Under the pieces are notes generated by a model. The model had not been told where the DNA came from. It did no database searches and was given only the letters and a program-made list of their open reading frames with translations. The position numbers were made by a program, and so were the translations under genes. This document shows positions 36,915 through 45,382 of a stretch of DNA of 64,000 bases, in pieces. Origin of the DNA: a candidate division FCPU426 bacterium (GTDB lineage Bacteria; Oederibacteriota; Muellerivitia; Muellerivitales; Muellerivitaceae); the NCBI GenBank assembly GCA_963796105.1, contig CAWCKJ010000002.1:128001-192000 (forward strand). Reading direction: 5' to 3'. Position 1 is the stretch's first letter; the number at the start of each line of letters is the position of its first letter.

Positions 36915-37205
36915 TTATTTTGATTTTGGGGATAAATCCATGGCGCCGTGGACAACAGCCAAGACATCTATTTGATCGGATTTAATCCGGTAAAAAATGC
37001 GGTAGGGGCCTTCTATGACTTCTCGTATTTGATCCGCGTCAAACTCCGGTACTCTGCGGCCGGATGTGGGAAAATCGGCAATTTGTTTGGACCTGCCGGT
37101 AAGGCGATCGACCATCCGTTTAGCGTAATCCGCTGAATCCCGAGCGATATGGGCGTGGAGCGCGTTGAGATGGTCTTCAGCCGAGTGAGTCCAACGGACC
37201 CTCAT
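36915..37205 (-). CDS. RelE/ParE-family toxin
   Basis: VRWT..A...L..L...IA.DS...A, FP.SGR.VPE, RE.I...YRI.Y, VLAVVHG. Confidence 0.9.
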   Translation of the reverse strand: MRVRWTHSAEDHLNALHAHIARDSADYAKRMVDRLTGRSKQIADFPTSGRRVPEFDADQIREVIEGPYRIFYRIKSDQIDVLAVVHGAMDLSPKSK

Positions 37206-37390
37206 CCAGGAAGACCGTATTTGGCCCGGATATCTCCTACGTCTTTAGTAAGACCAGCTTCGCTATCGGAAAGCCCCCGCTCAATGGCTTCCAAGACATA
37301 GATCTTGTGCATTAAATCATCCCATGTGGCGTTTGAGGGCATTTGGTCAATCAGTTTGTGAGCCTCTTCTTTTTTCATGATCTTGGACAT
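37202..37390 (-). CDS. Antitoxin partner of the ParE toxin
   Basis: KEEA.KLID.MP.NATWDDLM..IYV...IERGL.D..AG; overlaps the toxin start. Confidence 0.8.
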   Translation of the reverse strand: MSKIMKKEEAHKLIDQMPSNATWDDLMHKIYVLEAIERGLSDSEAGLTKDVGDIRAKYGLPG

Positions 37391-37508
37391 GGGTTGCCTC
37401 CCGCTTTCATAATGTAGTTTATCAAGATGAAATACCCAAATCAATTCGGGCTGAAATGATTGAAAAGGCCAATCCCCGCGTTTAAAACTATAAATCGAGA
37501 AACAGGAA

Positions 37509-38324
37509 TTACGCGAATAGTCTCAAGAGAAGCCTGACGAATTTCCCGAGGGCCTGGTAGCCAGGCAGGGCATTCAAGCGCAGGCAGAAGCCGCTGGTTT
37601 TCACCCGGTACTCGAGAAGGCTGGTCCAGGAGAAAACCATGATCCTTCGGATCTCCAACAAGTCCTTCGCGAAGAGGACCGGGCCGCTGTCCACCGCCAC
37701 GCCGAAGGAAAAACCTTCCCGGGCCGCGGCCGCCTTGATTCCGGAATTCACCGCCCCATAGGGATAGGCGAAGGAAACCACTGGTATTTTGAGGAAGGAC
37801 TCCAGCGCTTTTTTGGAGCCGCCGATCTCCTTACGAATTTCCCCCGGGCTTAACGCCGTCAAATCCGAGTGGCTCATGGAATGGGCGCCGAATTCCACCA
37901 GCCCGCTCCTGAGCATCTCCTTGATCTGGGAAGGTTTCAGGAGGGAAGCCTCTGGGTAGCCATCTTTCAGGTCCCAGAAATTGTTCCTGGGGCGCCTGTT
38001 ACCGAGGAGGTAAAGCACGGCCTTCATCCGGTACTTTCCCAGCAGGGGGAATAAATAATGATAAAGGTCCTCATAACCGTCATCGAAGGTGAGGATGACG
38101 GGTTTCCTGGGGAGGGGGCGGCCCAGGAGATCCATGAAGCCGATGGACACGAAGCCATGGCTCCTCAGGTAACACAACTGCCGGTCCATGGCGGACTGGG
38201 AAACATGCAGGTTGAATCCAGTAGGGGGAGGTTCCTCCGCCGCCACGCGGTGGTACATCAGCACCGGAAGCTCGCGGACGCGGGAAAGGTTGTCTTTCAA
38301 TATTTCCGGATTGGGTTTAAACAA
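37509..38324 (-). CDS. Polysaccharide deacetylase (CE4/NodB)
   Basis: VLMYHRV, LTFDDGY, FGAHSMSH, FAYPYG. Confidence 0.9.
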   Translation of the reverse strand: MFKPNPEILKDNLSRVRELPVLMYHRVAAEEPPPTGFNLHVSQSAMDRQLCYLRSHGFVSIGFMDLLGRPLPRKPVILTFDDGYEDLYHYLFPLLGKYRMKAVLYLLGNRRPRNNFWDLKDGYPEASLLKPSQIKEMLRSGLVEFGAHSMSHSDLTALSPGEIRKEIGGSKKALESFLKIPVVSFAYPYGAVNSGIKAAAAREGFSFGVAVDSGPVLFAKDLLEIRRIMVFSWTSLLEYRVKTSGFCLRLNALPGYQALGKFVRLLLRLFA

Positions 38325-38460
38325 GGAATACCTTCGCGCGGGGATAACGGCTTTGTGTATTATATAGCGGCTTTTGCCGAAGAAATGATAGCCGCCGCGA
38401 GGAATTTTTGAGAAAAGAAACCCACTCCTATTTCCAGGGACACTTGAGAGGACGCCGGCC

Positions 38461-39663
38461 GTGAAAATCCTCGTGGTCCACGATTTTTACAGCTCCATCA
38501 GCCCCTCCGGGGAAAACGGGGTCGTCCTGGCCGAGATCAAACTGCTGAAATCCCGGGGCCACAAGGTTGAATTGTTCGCGCGCGCCAACGACGGCCTCAG
38601 GGTCATGGGAACCAGGGGCTTGATCCTGGGGGGCCTTTCCACGCCCTGGAACCCCTGGGCGGCCTCCGCCCTCCAGGAGAAGGTCCGGGATTTCCGGCCG
38701 GATGTTGTCCATGTCCACAACACTTTCCCCCTTTTGTCCTCGGCGGTCTTCCACGCGATTGGAAAAAGCGCCGCGAGGGTCCTGACCCTCCACAACTTCC
38801 GGCTTTTCTGCCCCAACGCGATCCCACTGCGGGACGGCGGTATCTGCACCGAATGCCTGGACCGGCGCTCGGTCTGGCCCTCTTTGAAATACGGGTGCTA
38901 CCGCGGGAGCCGGATCGGGACCGTCCCGCTGGCGCTCAGCGTCGCCCTGCACCGCTTGATCGGCACCTGGAAAAACCAAGTGGAGGTTTTCATCGCCCTG
39001 ACGGAATTCCAGAGGCGCAAGATGATCCAGGCGGGCCTGCCGGGGGAAAAGGTTCATTTGAAGGCGAATTTTTTCCCGGGCAATCCGAGGCCCATGCCCT
39101 GGGCCAAGAGGAATTCCGGCGCGGTTTTCGTGGGGAGGCTCAGCCAGGAGAAGGGGCTGGAAACCCTCACTCGGGCCTGGGCCCTTTGGGGAAAGGATGC
39201 CCCCGAGCTGCGGGTGGTGGGAAGCGGGCCCCTGAGAAAAAAATTGGAGCAGGCGGCCAAGGGTCTGCCAATCAGGTTCCTGGGGCAGTTGAGCTTGAAA
39301 GAAACACACCGGCAGATCGCGGGGGCCAAGATCCTGATCCTGCCCTCGGAATGGTTCGAGGCTTTCCCGATGGTGTTGGCGGAATCCTTCGCCTTCGGAA
39401 CGCCGGCTGCTGTGTCGGATATCGGGGGGCTTTCCACGATCATCCAGGATGGGAAAAACGGGCTGGTGTTCAAGCCGGGGGACAGCGACTCCCTGGCCGG
39501 GGTCCTCCGGAAAGGCTGGAACAAGCCGGGCTTGCTGGAAAGGCTGGGGGAGGGGGCCAGGAAATCCTTCGAGGAGTCCTACACCATGGAGGCCAACTAC
39601 CGGCAGCTCATCGCTATTTATGAGAAAGCTGTCGGAGCGGGACGGGCCCAAGAAAACGGTTGA
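38461..39663 (+). CDS. GT4 glycosyltransferase
   Basis: VHVHNTFP..S, GRLSQEKG, PSEWFEAFPMVLAE. Confidence 0.9.
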   Translation: MKILVVHDFYSSISPSGENGVVLAEIKLLKSRGHKVELFARANDGLRVMGTRGLILGGLSTPWNPWAASALQEKVRDFRPDVVHVHNTFPLLSSAVFHAIGKSAARVLTLHNFRLFCPNAIPLRDGGICTECLDRRSVWPSLKYGCYRGSRIGTVPLALSVALHRLIGTWKNQVEVFIALTEFQRRKMIQAGLPGEKVHLKANFFPGNPRPMPWAKRNSGAVFVGRLSQEKGLETLTRAWALWGKDAPELRVVGSGPLRKKLEQAAKGLPIRFLGQLSLKETHRQIAGAKILILPSEWFEAFPMVLAESFAFGTPAAVSDIGGLSTIIQDGKNGLVFKPGDSDSLAGVLRKGWNKPGLLERLGEGARKSFEESYTMEANYRQLIAIYEKAVGAGRAQENG

Positions 39664-39708
39664 TTCCATCTTCCCGCACTTTAGATAAGCAACCCACCAG
39701 CAAGAGCT

Positions 39709-39952
39709 TTTTTCTTTTTTTCGTCCCCATCACTCAAGCTTTCATATAATCCATGGGGATTCGTTATGCAAAGGGAGCACGCTAGTTCGCTCCACACATT
39801 CCCCTGTGGGTTTCTCGATATGAAACTTTTAGATATTCCCTTTTAGATTGCTAGTTGAAATAAACTTAGAGGGTTCCCCTTGCGCTCATTTAAAATTGTT
39901 CCAATAGGCCTTTTGCAGGAAGCTTTCATGAAGGGGCCGGGGTTTTTAAAAC
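39709..39952. repeat. ~240-bp structured non-coding repeat, copy 2
   Basis: Same conserved blocks as 35972-36213 with diverged linkers. Confidence 0.8.
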
Positions 39953-39989
39953 CGACAATAAAAGATTTTCCAATACAAAATATAACGAC

Positions 39990-40775
39990 TTGGAGAGAAC
40001 GGTGAAGTCTTCGACGGAAAACATGTTGGGATACGCCGTGGACAAGAGGGAACCGGCCTTGTACGTGGACGAGGTCTCCGACTGGATCGCGAAAGGGGAC
40101 CATTGCAAATGGCTGGCCTGCGTCAATCCCTACTCCTACATGGTGTCCCTCAAGGATGAGGTATTCTCCAAGGCCCTGCGCGACGCGGACTGGCTGATCC
40201 CCGACGGGATCGGGATCGTGATCGCCTCGCGGCTGTTGAGGGGCGACATCCGTGAGAGGGTGACGGGCTTCGACTTGTTCGACCTTCTCCAAAAGAGGCT
40301 GGATGAGGCCGGGGGATACAGGGTGTTCATCCTGGGCTCCACCGAGGTCAACCTCTCGGATATCTGGGAGAAGATGAAGAAGGATTACCCCCATTTCAAG
40401 GTGGGGGGAATCTACTCCCCGCCGTACAAGAGCGAATTCACCCGCGAGGACACCCAGGCCATGGTGGATGCCGTCAACGCGTCGGGCGCCGACGTGCTCT
40501 GGGTGGGCATGACGGCCCCCAAGCAGGAAAAATGGATTTTCGAGAACCGCCACAAGCTCAAGGTGAAGTTCGCCGGGGCCATCGGCGGGGCCTTTGACTT
40601 CTACTCGGGCCGCAAGATGAGGGCGCCGAGGCTTATCCAGAAGGTGGGAATGGAATGGGTGGTCAGGCTGGCCCAGGAGCCCTTCCGGCTATGGCCCAGG
40701 TTTTTCCTGTCCCTGCTTTTTTTCTGGAAGCTGTTCCTGGCCATGATGTTCGGCAAAAAGCCGATGAAGGAATAG
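39990..40775 (+). CDS. WecB/TagA/CpsF (GT26) glycosyltransferase
   Basis: PDGIGIV, ERVTGFD, WVGMTAPKQEKW, GGAFDF, RAP, EW..RL..EP.RL. Confidence 0.92.
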   Translation: MERTVKSSTENMLGYAVDKREPALYVDEVSDWIAKGDHCKWLACVNPYSYMVSLKDEVFSKALRDADWLIPDGIGIVIASRLLRGDIRERVTGFDLFDLLQKRLDEAGGYRVFILGSTEVNLSDIWEKMKKDYPHFKVGGIYSPPYKSEFTREDTQAMVDAVNASGADVLWVGMTAPKQEKWIFENRHKLKVKFAGAIGGAFDFYSGRKMRAPRLIQKVGMEWVVRLAQEPFRLWPRFFLSLLFFWKLFLAMMFGKKPMKE

Positions 40776-40802
40776 GCTTGGCCGCTGAAGCGGAATTTTA
40801 AA

Positions 40803-41201
40803 TCATGGGATGCAACGGAAACCATGCTCCCGAAAATGTTTGTCGAAGGTAAGGATCTCTTTAATCCCGTTCCGGCGCATTACCTCAAAACTGACACAAT
40901 CCACCAAACTTAAATCCCTTTTCTTGGCCGTCATTACGGCGGACAGCCCCGCGTTATGCGCTGCCTCGTCCACCCAAACCACCGATAGGATGGGGACGAC
41001 ATCCTTCTGGAAATCGGATAGGGCCGCGAGACCCAGCCGGTTTTGGATAAGGGAACAGGTCTCCAAAAGAATGTAATTAGTGCAAACTAGCGCCGGGTCC
41101 GTTTCCATCAGGGATTTCCACGACTGGTCCGCCCTCTCGTGAAAACGGTCGTTCATGGTTAAAAGGGCGATGAAAAAAGAGGTGTCGACAAAGACGCTCA
41201 C
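40803..41201 (-). CDS. vapC: VapC-family PIN toxin (paralogue of 4952..5350)
   Basis: Close protein similarity to 4952..5350; PIN motifs. Confidence 0.9.
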   Translation of the reverse strand: MSVFVDTSFFIALLTMNDRFHERADQSWKSLMETDPALVCTNYILLETCSLIQNRLGLAALSDFQKDVVPILSVVWVDEAAHNAGLSAVMTAKKRDLSLVDCVSFEVMRRNGIKEILTFDKHFREHGFRCIP

Positions 41202-41443
41202 TGGGCGTAATCCCCGGCCAGGTACTTGTCATGGCGCAGGGAAAGGTCGGAATGGCGGGAATGGAATTTCCCGGATATGGCGATGGCGCGTTCCCGCCTT
41301 TCCTCCGGACTCAGACTTCCGTTTTTCAGGTATAAATCAACCCCTTGGCGGATGGCCTCGGCCATTGAGATTTTTCGCTTCCGGGATAATTTTTTCAAGG
41401 AAATGGTTTGTTTCTGGGTCAATTGGATCTGGGTGCGGACCAT
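41198..41443 (-). CDS. RHH antitoxin (paralogue of 5347..5592)
   Basis: MVRTQIQLT...ISMAEAIRQGVD...DLSLRHDKYL. Confidence 0.85.
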   Translation of the reverse strand: MVRTQIQLTQKQTISLKKLSRKRKISMAEAIRQGVDLYLKNGSLSPEERRERAIAISGKFHSRHSDLSLRHDKYLAGDYAQ

Positions 41444-41566
41444 CGGAACCTCCTCGGTGATAACACATTACTAATTATGATATCACTTTGGTTCAAGGCT
41501 TCAAGCCCCGTCAAGGGTAGGCCTTTCGGTGAAATCCTTGGCCCTGATACGCCCGCGGGTTATTGG

Positions 41567-42715
41567 CTAAATCAAAACACCTTTTATCAAATCTCGGACT
41601 TTCTCGCCCGAGGTTTTCCAATTCAACCTTTGGGAATATTCCCCGAAAGAGGAAAGGGCCAGCCGCTCATATTCCTTGGGGTCTGTCATGAGCCTGGTGA
41701 TGAAATCGCAATAGGCTTCGGGGCCGGCATTGACCGGGAAGGTTTGGCCGTTTTTGCCGTTGAGGATGACGGAGGGGACCCCCCCGATCCGGGGCGCCAG
41801 GGAGGGCAGGCCGAAGGACGAGGCCTCGGCGAAGACGATGCCGAAACACTCAGCCCTGGTCGGCACCACCAGGAAATGGGCCTGGGAGTACAAGTCGTCC
41901 AGCTTTTTCCGGCCCTCGCCCGTCTTTTTGGATAGGACTCCATGCCGTTTCACGAAATCAGGCAGGGGGCCTGGCGGCTCGCAGCCTACCACGTCCAATT
42001 GGGTCTTGATCCCGCGGTTGTTCATTTCCTCCGCGATTTTCAGGGCGGTGTCCCCGCCCTTCCAGCGCCAATTCCCGCCGATGAAAAGCAGTTTGCAGGA
42101 ACCGAAACTTTTGGAAGCGGTGATTTTCTTGACCATGGAAGTGTCCCGGCCGCATTCCAGGTTCGCCCCAAAGGGCACGACCTTCACCTTCGCTGGGTCC
42201 AGGCCGTAGTCCTTGACCGCGGAGTCCGCGGCCCATTTCGTGCTGAAAATGGCCAGGCGGCACTTGTTGAGGAACAATTGTTCCGTCAGGTTCCCATCCC
42301 TCAGGGATTCCGCCGGCAGGTTGGAATCATAGGCCGGGATGAACTCACCCCATCCGGCGAAGGTGAAATCGCTCCAATAGATAACGGGTTTGGTTGTTTG
42401 CAAATAAGAAAAAGGCGCGGAACCGCCGATCACGAAAACGGCGTCGCTTTCGACTTTCAAGAGGGCTTGATCCGCCCGGCGGCACAAATGCCGGACCAAG
42501 GGCGGGTATCGCAGCCGGTCGAAATCCCTTCGCTGGAAGGCCTTGTACAGAAGCTGTTTTGCCCGGGAAGTCAGGAAATGGAATCCCTCGCCCAGGTTTC
42601 CGATGGGGATGGTGGTTATACCGGCGCCGGTCAAGGCGCGGTTCATGTAATAGGCCGTCCCGGACCAGACCGACAGGTTCGAGGAATCGTCCTTGGTGAT
42701 GTAGGCTAAACGCAT
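41567..42715 (-). CDS. GT4 glycosyltransferase, tandem paralogue 3
   Basis: MRLAY...WSG, KVVPFGANL, KGG..A, PTRAECFGIVFAEASSFG; start moved to MRLAY because the ORF extension is heptamer repeat. Confidence 0.9.
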   Translation of the reverse strand: MRLAYITKDDSSNLSVWSGTAYYMNRALTGAGITTIPIGNLGEGFHFLTSRAKQLLYKAFQRRDFDRLRYPPLVRHLCRRADQALLKVESDAVFVIGGSAPFSYLQTTKPVIYWSDFTFAGWGEFIPAYDSNLPAESLRDGNLTEQLFLNKCRLAIFSTKWAADSAVKDYGLDPAKVKVVPFGANLECGRDTSMVKKITASKSFGSCKLLFIGGNWRWKGGDTALKIAEEMNNRGIKTQLDVVGCEPPGPLPDFVKRHGVLSKKTGEGRKKLDDLYSQAHFLVVPTRAECFGIVFAEASSFGLPSLAPRIGGVPSVILNGKNGQTFPVNAGPEAYCDFITRLMTDPKEYERLALSSFGEYSQRLNWKTSGEKVRDLIKGVLI

Positions 42716-42732
42716 GGAACCTCGGTAAAAAA

Positions 42733-42832
42733 CAATGAAAAATGAACAATGAAAAATGAAAATCGAAAAGATTTCTTCTTTCACTTTTCGCATAGCCGCT
42801 CATTATCAATTGTTCATTATACATTTTTCATT
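42733..42832. repeat. Inverted heptamer bracket between GT4 paralogues
   Basis: (C/A)AATGAA x4, a ~36-bp core, then a TTCATT-type arm; near-identical to 44001-44107. Confidence 0.85.
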
Positions 42833-43983
42833 ATATTCTTCGTACCGCAGTGCTTGTGGATGAGATCCCTCACCTTTTTTCCCGAGGTTTCCCAGTTTAA
42901 CCGTTGCTGGTATTCCTTTAAGGAGGAAAGGCACAGCTTTTCATAGAGGTTCTTGTTTTTCATGAGACCCGCGATGTACCCGCTGTAGGCCTCAGGGCCG
43001 GCTTTGAGCGGGAAGGTCCGGCCGTTTTTACCGTCCCGGATGACTGAGGGAACGCCCCCGATCTTGGGCGCGAGGGAGGGAACCCCGAAGGACGAGGCCT
43101 CGGCGAAGACGATCCCGAAAGCCTCCGACCGGGTGGGCAGGATCAGGAAATGGGCTTTGGCGTACAGCTCATCCAATTTCTCCCGCCCTTGCCTGGTTTT
43201 CTTGGAGATGAAACCGTGGGGTTGGACGAAGCCGGGGACGGGGCTAGGCGGTTCGCAGCCAACGACATGCAATACAGTCTTGATCCCGCGCCGGTTGAGA
43301 AGCTCCGCAGTTTTCAAGGCGGTTTCCCCGCCTTTCCAATGCCAATTCGTCCCAACGAACAACAATTCGCAGGCATGGGCGCTTTTCCCCGCGATGATTT
43401 TCCTGACAGAGGAAGAGTCCCGATCACATTCCAGGTTCGCCCCGAAAGGCACGATTTTGACTTTCTTGGGATCGAGATCATAGTGCCGGAAGGCGGTCTT
43501 CGCGGCCCAATCGGAGCTGAAGACGACCAAACGGCATTTGGAAAGGAACTCCTGCTCCATTTTTATTTCGTCCCGGATCGTCTCGGAACAAAGACGGGAG
43601 TGGTAGGGATTAAAATCCACCAGGGAGGCGAGTGTGGAGTCCGCCCAAAAAACGATGGGATTATCCGTCCGGGAAAAGGAAAGGGGAAGGGGATCCACGC
43701 AAAAAATCGCGTCATAAGTCTGGGATAAAAGGGCCTTCTCGATTTGCCGGTAAAAGTGCCGGTTCAGCGCGGGATCGCCTTGCCGAAGGTATTCCCTGGA
43801 AAGAACAAATTTATAGAGGACTTTCTTGATTCCGGTGGATAGGTAATGCCAGCCCTCCTTCAGGCGATCGACCGGGAGGATCTGGAGACCTGCTTGCTCC
43901 AACGAGTGCCTCATGTAGAAGGCGGTGCCGGACCAGTAGTTGATATCGGAAGAATCCCCGATGGAAACGTAGGCTAGGCGCAT
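42817..43983 (-). CDS. GT4 glycosyltransferase, tandem paralogue 2
   Basis: Same motifs as neighbours (PTRSEAFGIVFAEASSFG). Confidence 0.9.
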   Translation of the reverse strand: MRLAYVSIGDSSDINYWSGTAFYMRHSLEQAGLQILPVDRLKEGWHYLSTGIKKVLYKFVLSREYLRQGDPALNRHFYRQIEKALLSQTYDAIFCVDPLPLSFSRTDNPIVFWADSTLASLVDFNPYHSRLCSETIRDEIKMEQEFLSKCRLVVFSSDWAAKTAFRHYDLDPKKVKIVPFGANLECDRDSSSVRKIIAGKSAHACELLFVGTNWHWKGGETALKTAELLNRRGIKTVLHVVGCEPPSPVPGFVQPHGFISKKTRQGREKLDELYAKAHFLILPTRSEAFGIVFAEASSFGVPSLAPKIGGVPSVIRDGKNGRTFPLKAGPEAYSGYIAGLMKNKNLYEKLCLSSLKEYQQRLNWETSGKKVRDLIHKHCGTKNIMKNV

Positions 43984-44000
43984 GAAACCTCGGTAAAAAA

Positions 44001-44107
44001 CAATGAAAAATGAACAATGAAGAATGAAAAATGAAAATCGAAAAGATTTCTTCTTTCGCTTTTCGCATTGCCGCTCATTATCAATTGTTCATTATACATT
44101 TTTCATT
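44001..44107. repeat. Inverted heptamer bracket between GT4 paralogues
   Basis: Same as 42733-42832 with one extra heptamer (GAATGAA). Confidence 0.85.
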
Positions 44108-45258
44108 GTAACTTTCGGTTTGCAGTGCTTGAGGATGAGATCCCTCATCTTTTTACCGGAGGTCTTCCAATTCAAGCGCTCCTCGTATTCCCTGAAGGAG
44201 GAAAGGCATAGTCTTTCATAGCGCTTCCTCTCTTTCATGAGCTTGGCAATGTAACCGCAATAGGCCTCGGGAGGGGCGCCGGGGGGGAAGATCTGGCCGT
44301 TCTTACCGTTATGCACGGCCGTGGAATTACCGCCCACGTCCGCGGACAAGGAAGGCAGGCCGAAAGAGGAGGCCTCGGCGAAGGTGACGGCGCAGCAATC
44401 CGCCCTGGAGGGAAGCAGCAAGAAATGGGATTCGGAATACAATGCGTCCAAAAACCTGCGGCCCCTTCCGGTATTTTTGGACAGGAACCCATGGCGCCGA
44501 ACGAAACCAGGCGTGGGGCCAGGCGGTTCGCATCCCACCACGTGCAACAGCGTCTTGATGCCGCGCTGGTTGAGAAGCTCCGCCGTCCGCACCGCCAAAT
44601 CCCCGCCTTTCCTTTCCCACTGAACCCCGACGAACAATAATACGCAGGGATCGAAATAGCGGCCCGCGATGATTTTCTTGACCGCGGGAAGGTCCCGGCC
44701 GCATTCCAGGTTTGCCCCGAATGGAACGACTTTCACCTTTTTAGGGTCGACATCATAGTGCTGGAGGGCGGTCTCGGCCGCCCAGTCGGAACTGAAAACG
44801 GCCAGGCGGCACTTGGAAAGGAGCTTCCGCTCCATATTCATCTCATCGCGGATCGTCTCGGCGCACAGGCGGGTGTGCTGGGGATAATAATCCACCAAAG
44901 CCGGGAAGACGCAGTCGTGCCAATAGACGACCGGTTTATCCGTTTCCAGGGAGGAGAGGGGAAGGGTGTCCACGCCGAAAACAACGTCGGGCTCTATGGC
45001 GGAGATGGCTTTTCCGGCCTGGCGGCTTAAGCTTTTAAGCAGGGAAGGGTCCCCATGCCTGTGATAATTTTTCCGCAGGAACAGTTGATAAAGGAATTTT
45101 TTCAAATGGGTCGTCAGGTATAGGAAGCCTTCTTTCAATGGACCGGCGGGGATGACCTCCAGTCCGCTTTCCCGCAGGGAGCGGTGGATATAGTGGGTCA
45201 AGCCGGACCAATCATCCTGATCCGAGGGATCTTTACGAGTCAAATACGCTAATTTCAT
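44092..45258 (-). CDS. GT4 glycosyltransferase, tandem paralogue 1
   Basis: MKLAY...WSG, PSRADCCAVTFAEASSFG. Confidence 0.9.
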   Translation of the reverse strand: MKLAYLTRKDPSDQDDWSGLTHYIHRSLRESGLEVIPAGPLKEGFLYLTTHLKKFLYQLFLRKNYHRHGDPSLLKSLSRQAGKAISAIEPDVVFGVDTLPLSSLETDKPVVYWHDCVFPALVDYYPQHTRLCAETIRDEMNMERKLLSKCRLAVFSSDWAAETALQHYDVDPKKVKVVPFGANLECGRDLPAVKKIIAGRYFDPCVLLFVGVQWERKGGDLAVRTAELLNQRGIKTLLHVVGCEPPGPTPGFVRRHGFLSKNTGRGRRFLDALYSESHFLLLPSRADCCAVTFAEASSFGLPSLSADVGGNSTAVHNGKNGQIFPPGAPPEAYCGYIAKLMKERKRYERLCLSSFREYEERLNWKTSGKKMRDLILKHCKPKVTMKNV

Positions 45259-45382
45259 ATGGAAATAATCCTTTGCGTCCGAGGCCAGTATCGCGAAACA
45301 CCCGGGGTCTAAGGGCAAATCTTAATAACTGTGCCAAAGGGTGTCGGCTGAGAAATACCTGAAATTCAAACAAGGAAAAAGG

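Noticed and set aside
38428..39669. Long antisense ORFs over GC-rich genes (also 1821..2696, 32142..32852, 55650..56654)
   Set aside because: Shadow ORFs opposite well-supported genes.
42716..42793. N-terminal extension of GT4 ORF 41567..42793
   Set aside because: The extension (FSIFIFHCSFFI) is translated heptamer repeat; paralogues start at M(R/K)LAY.
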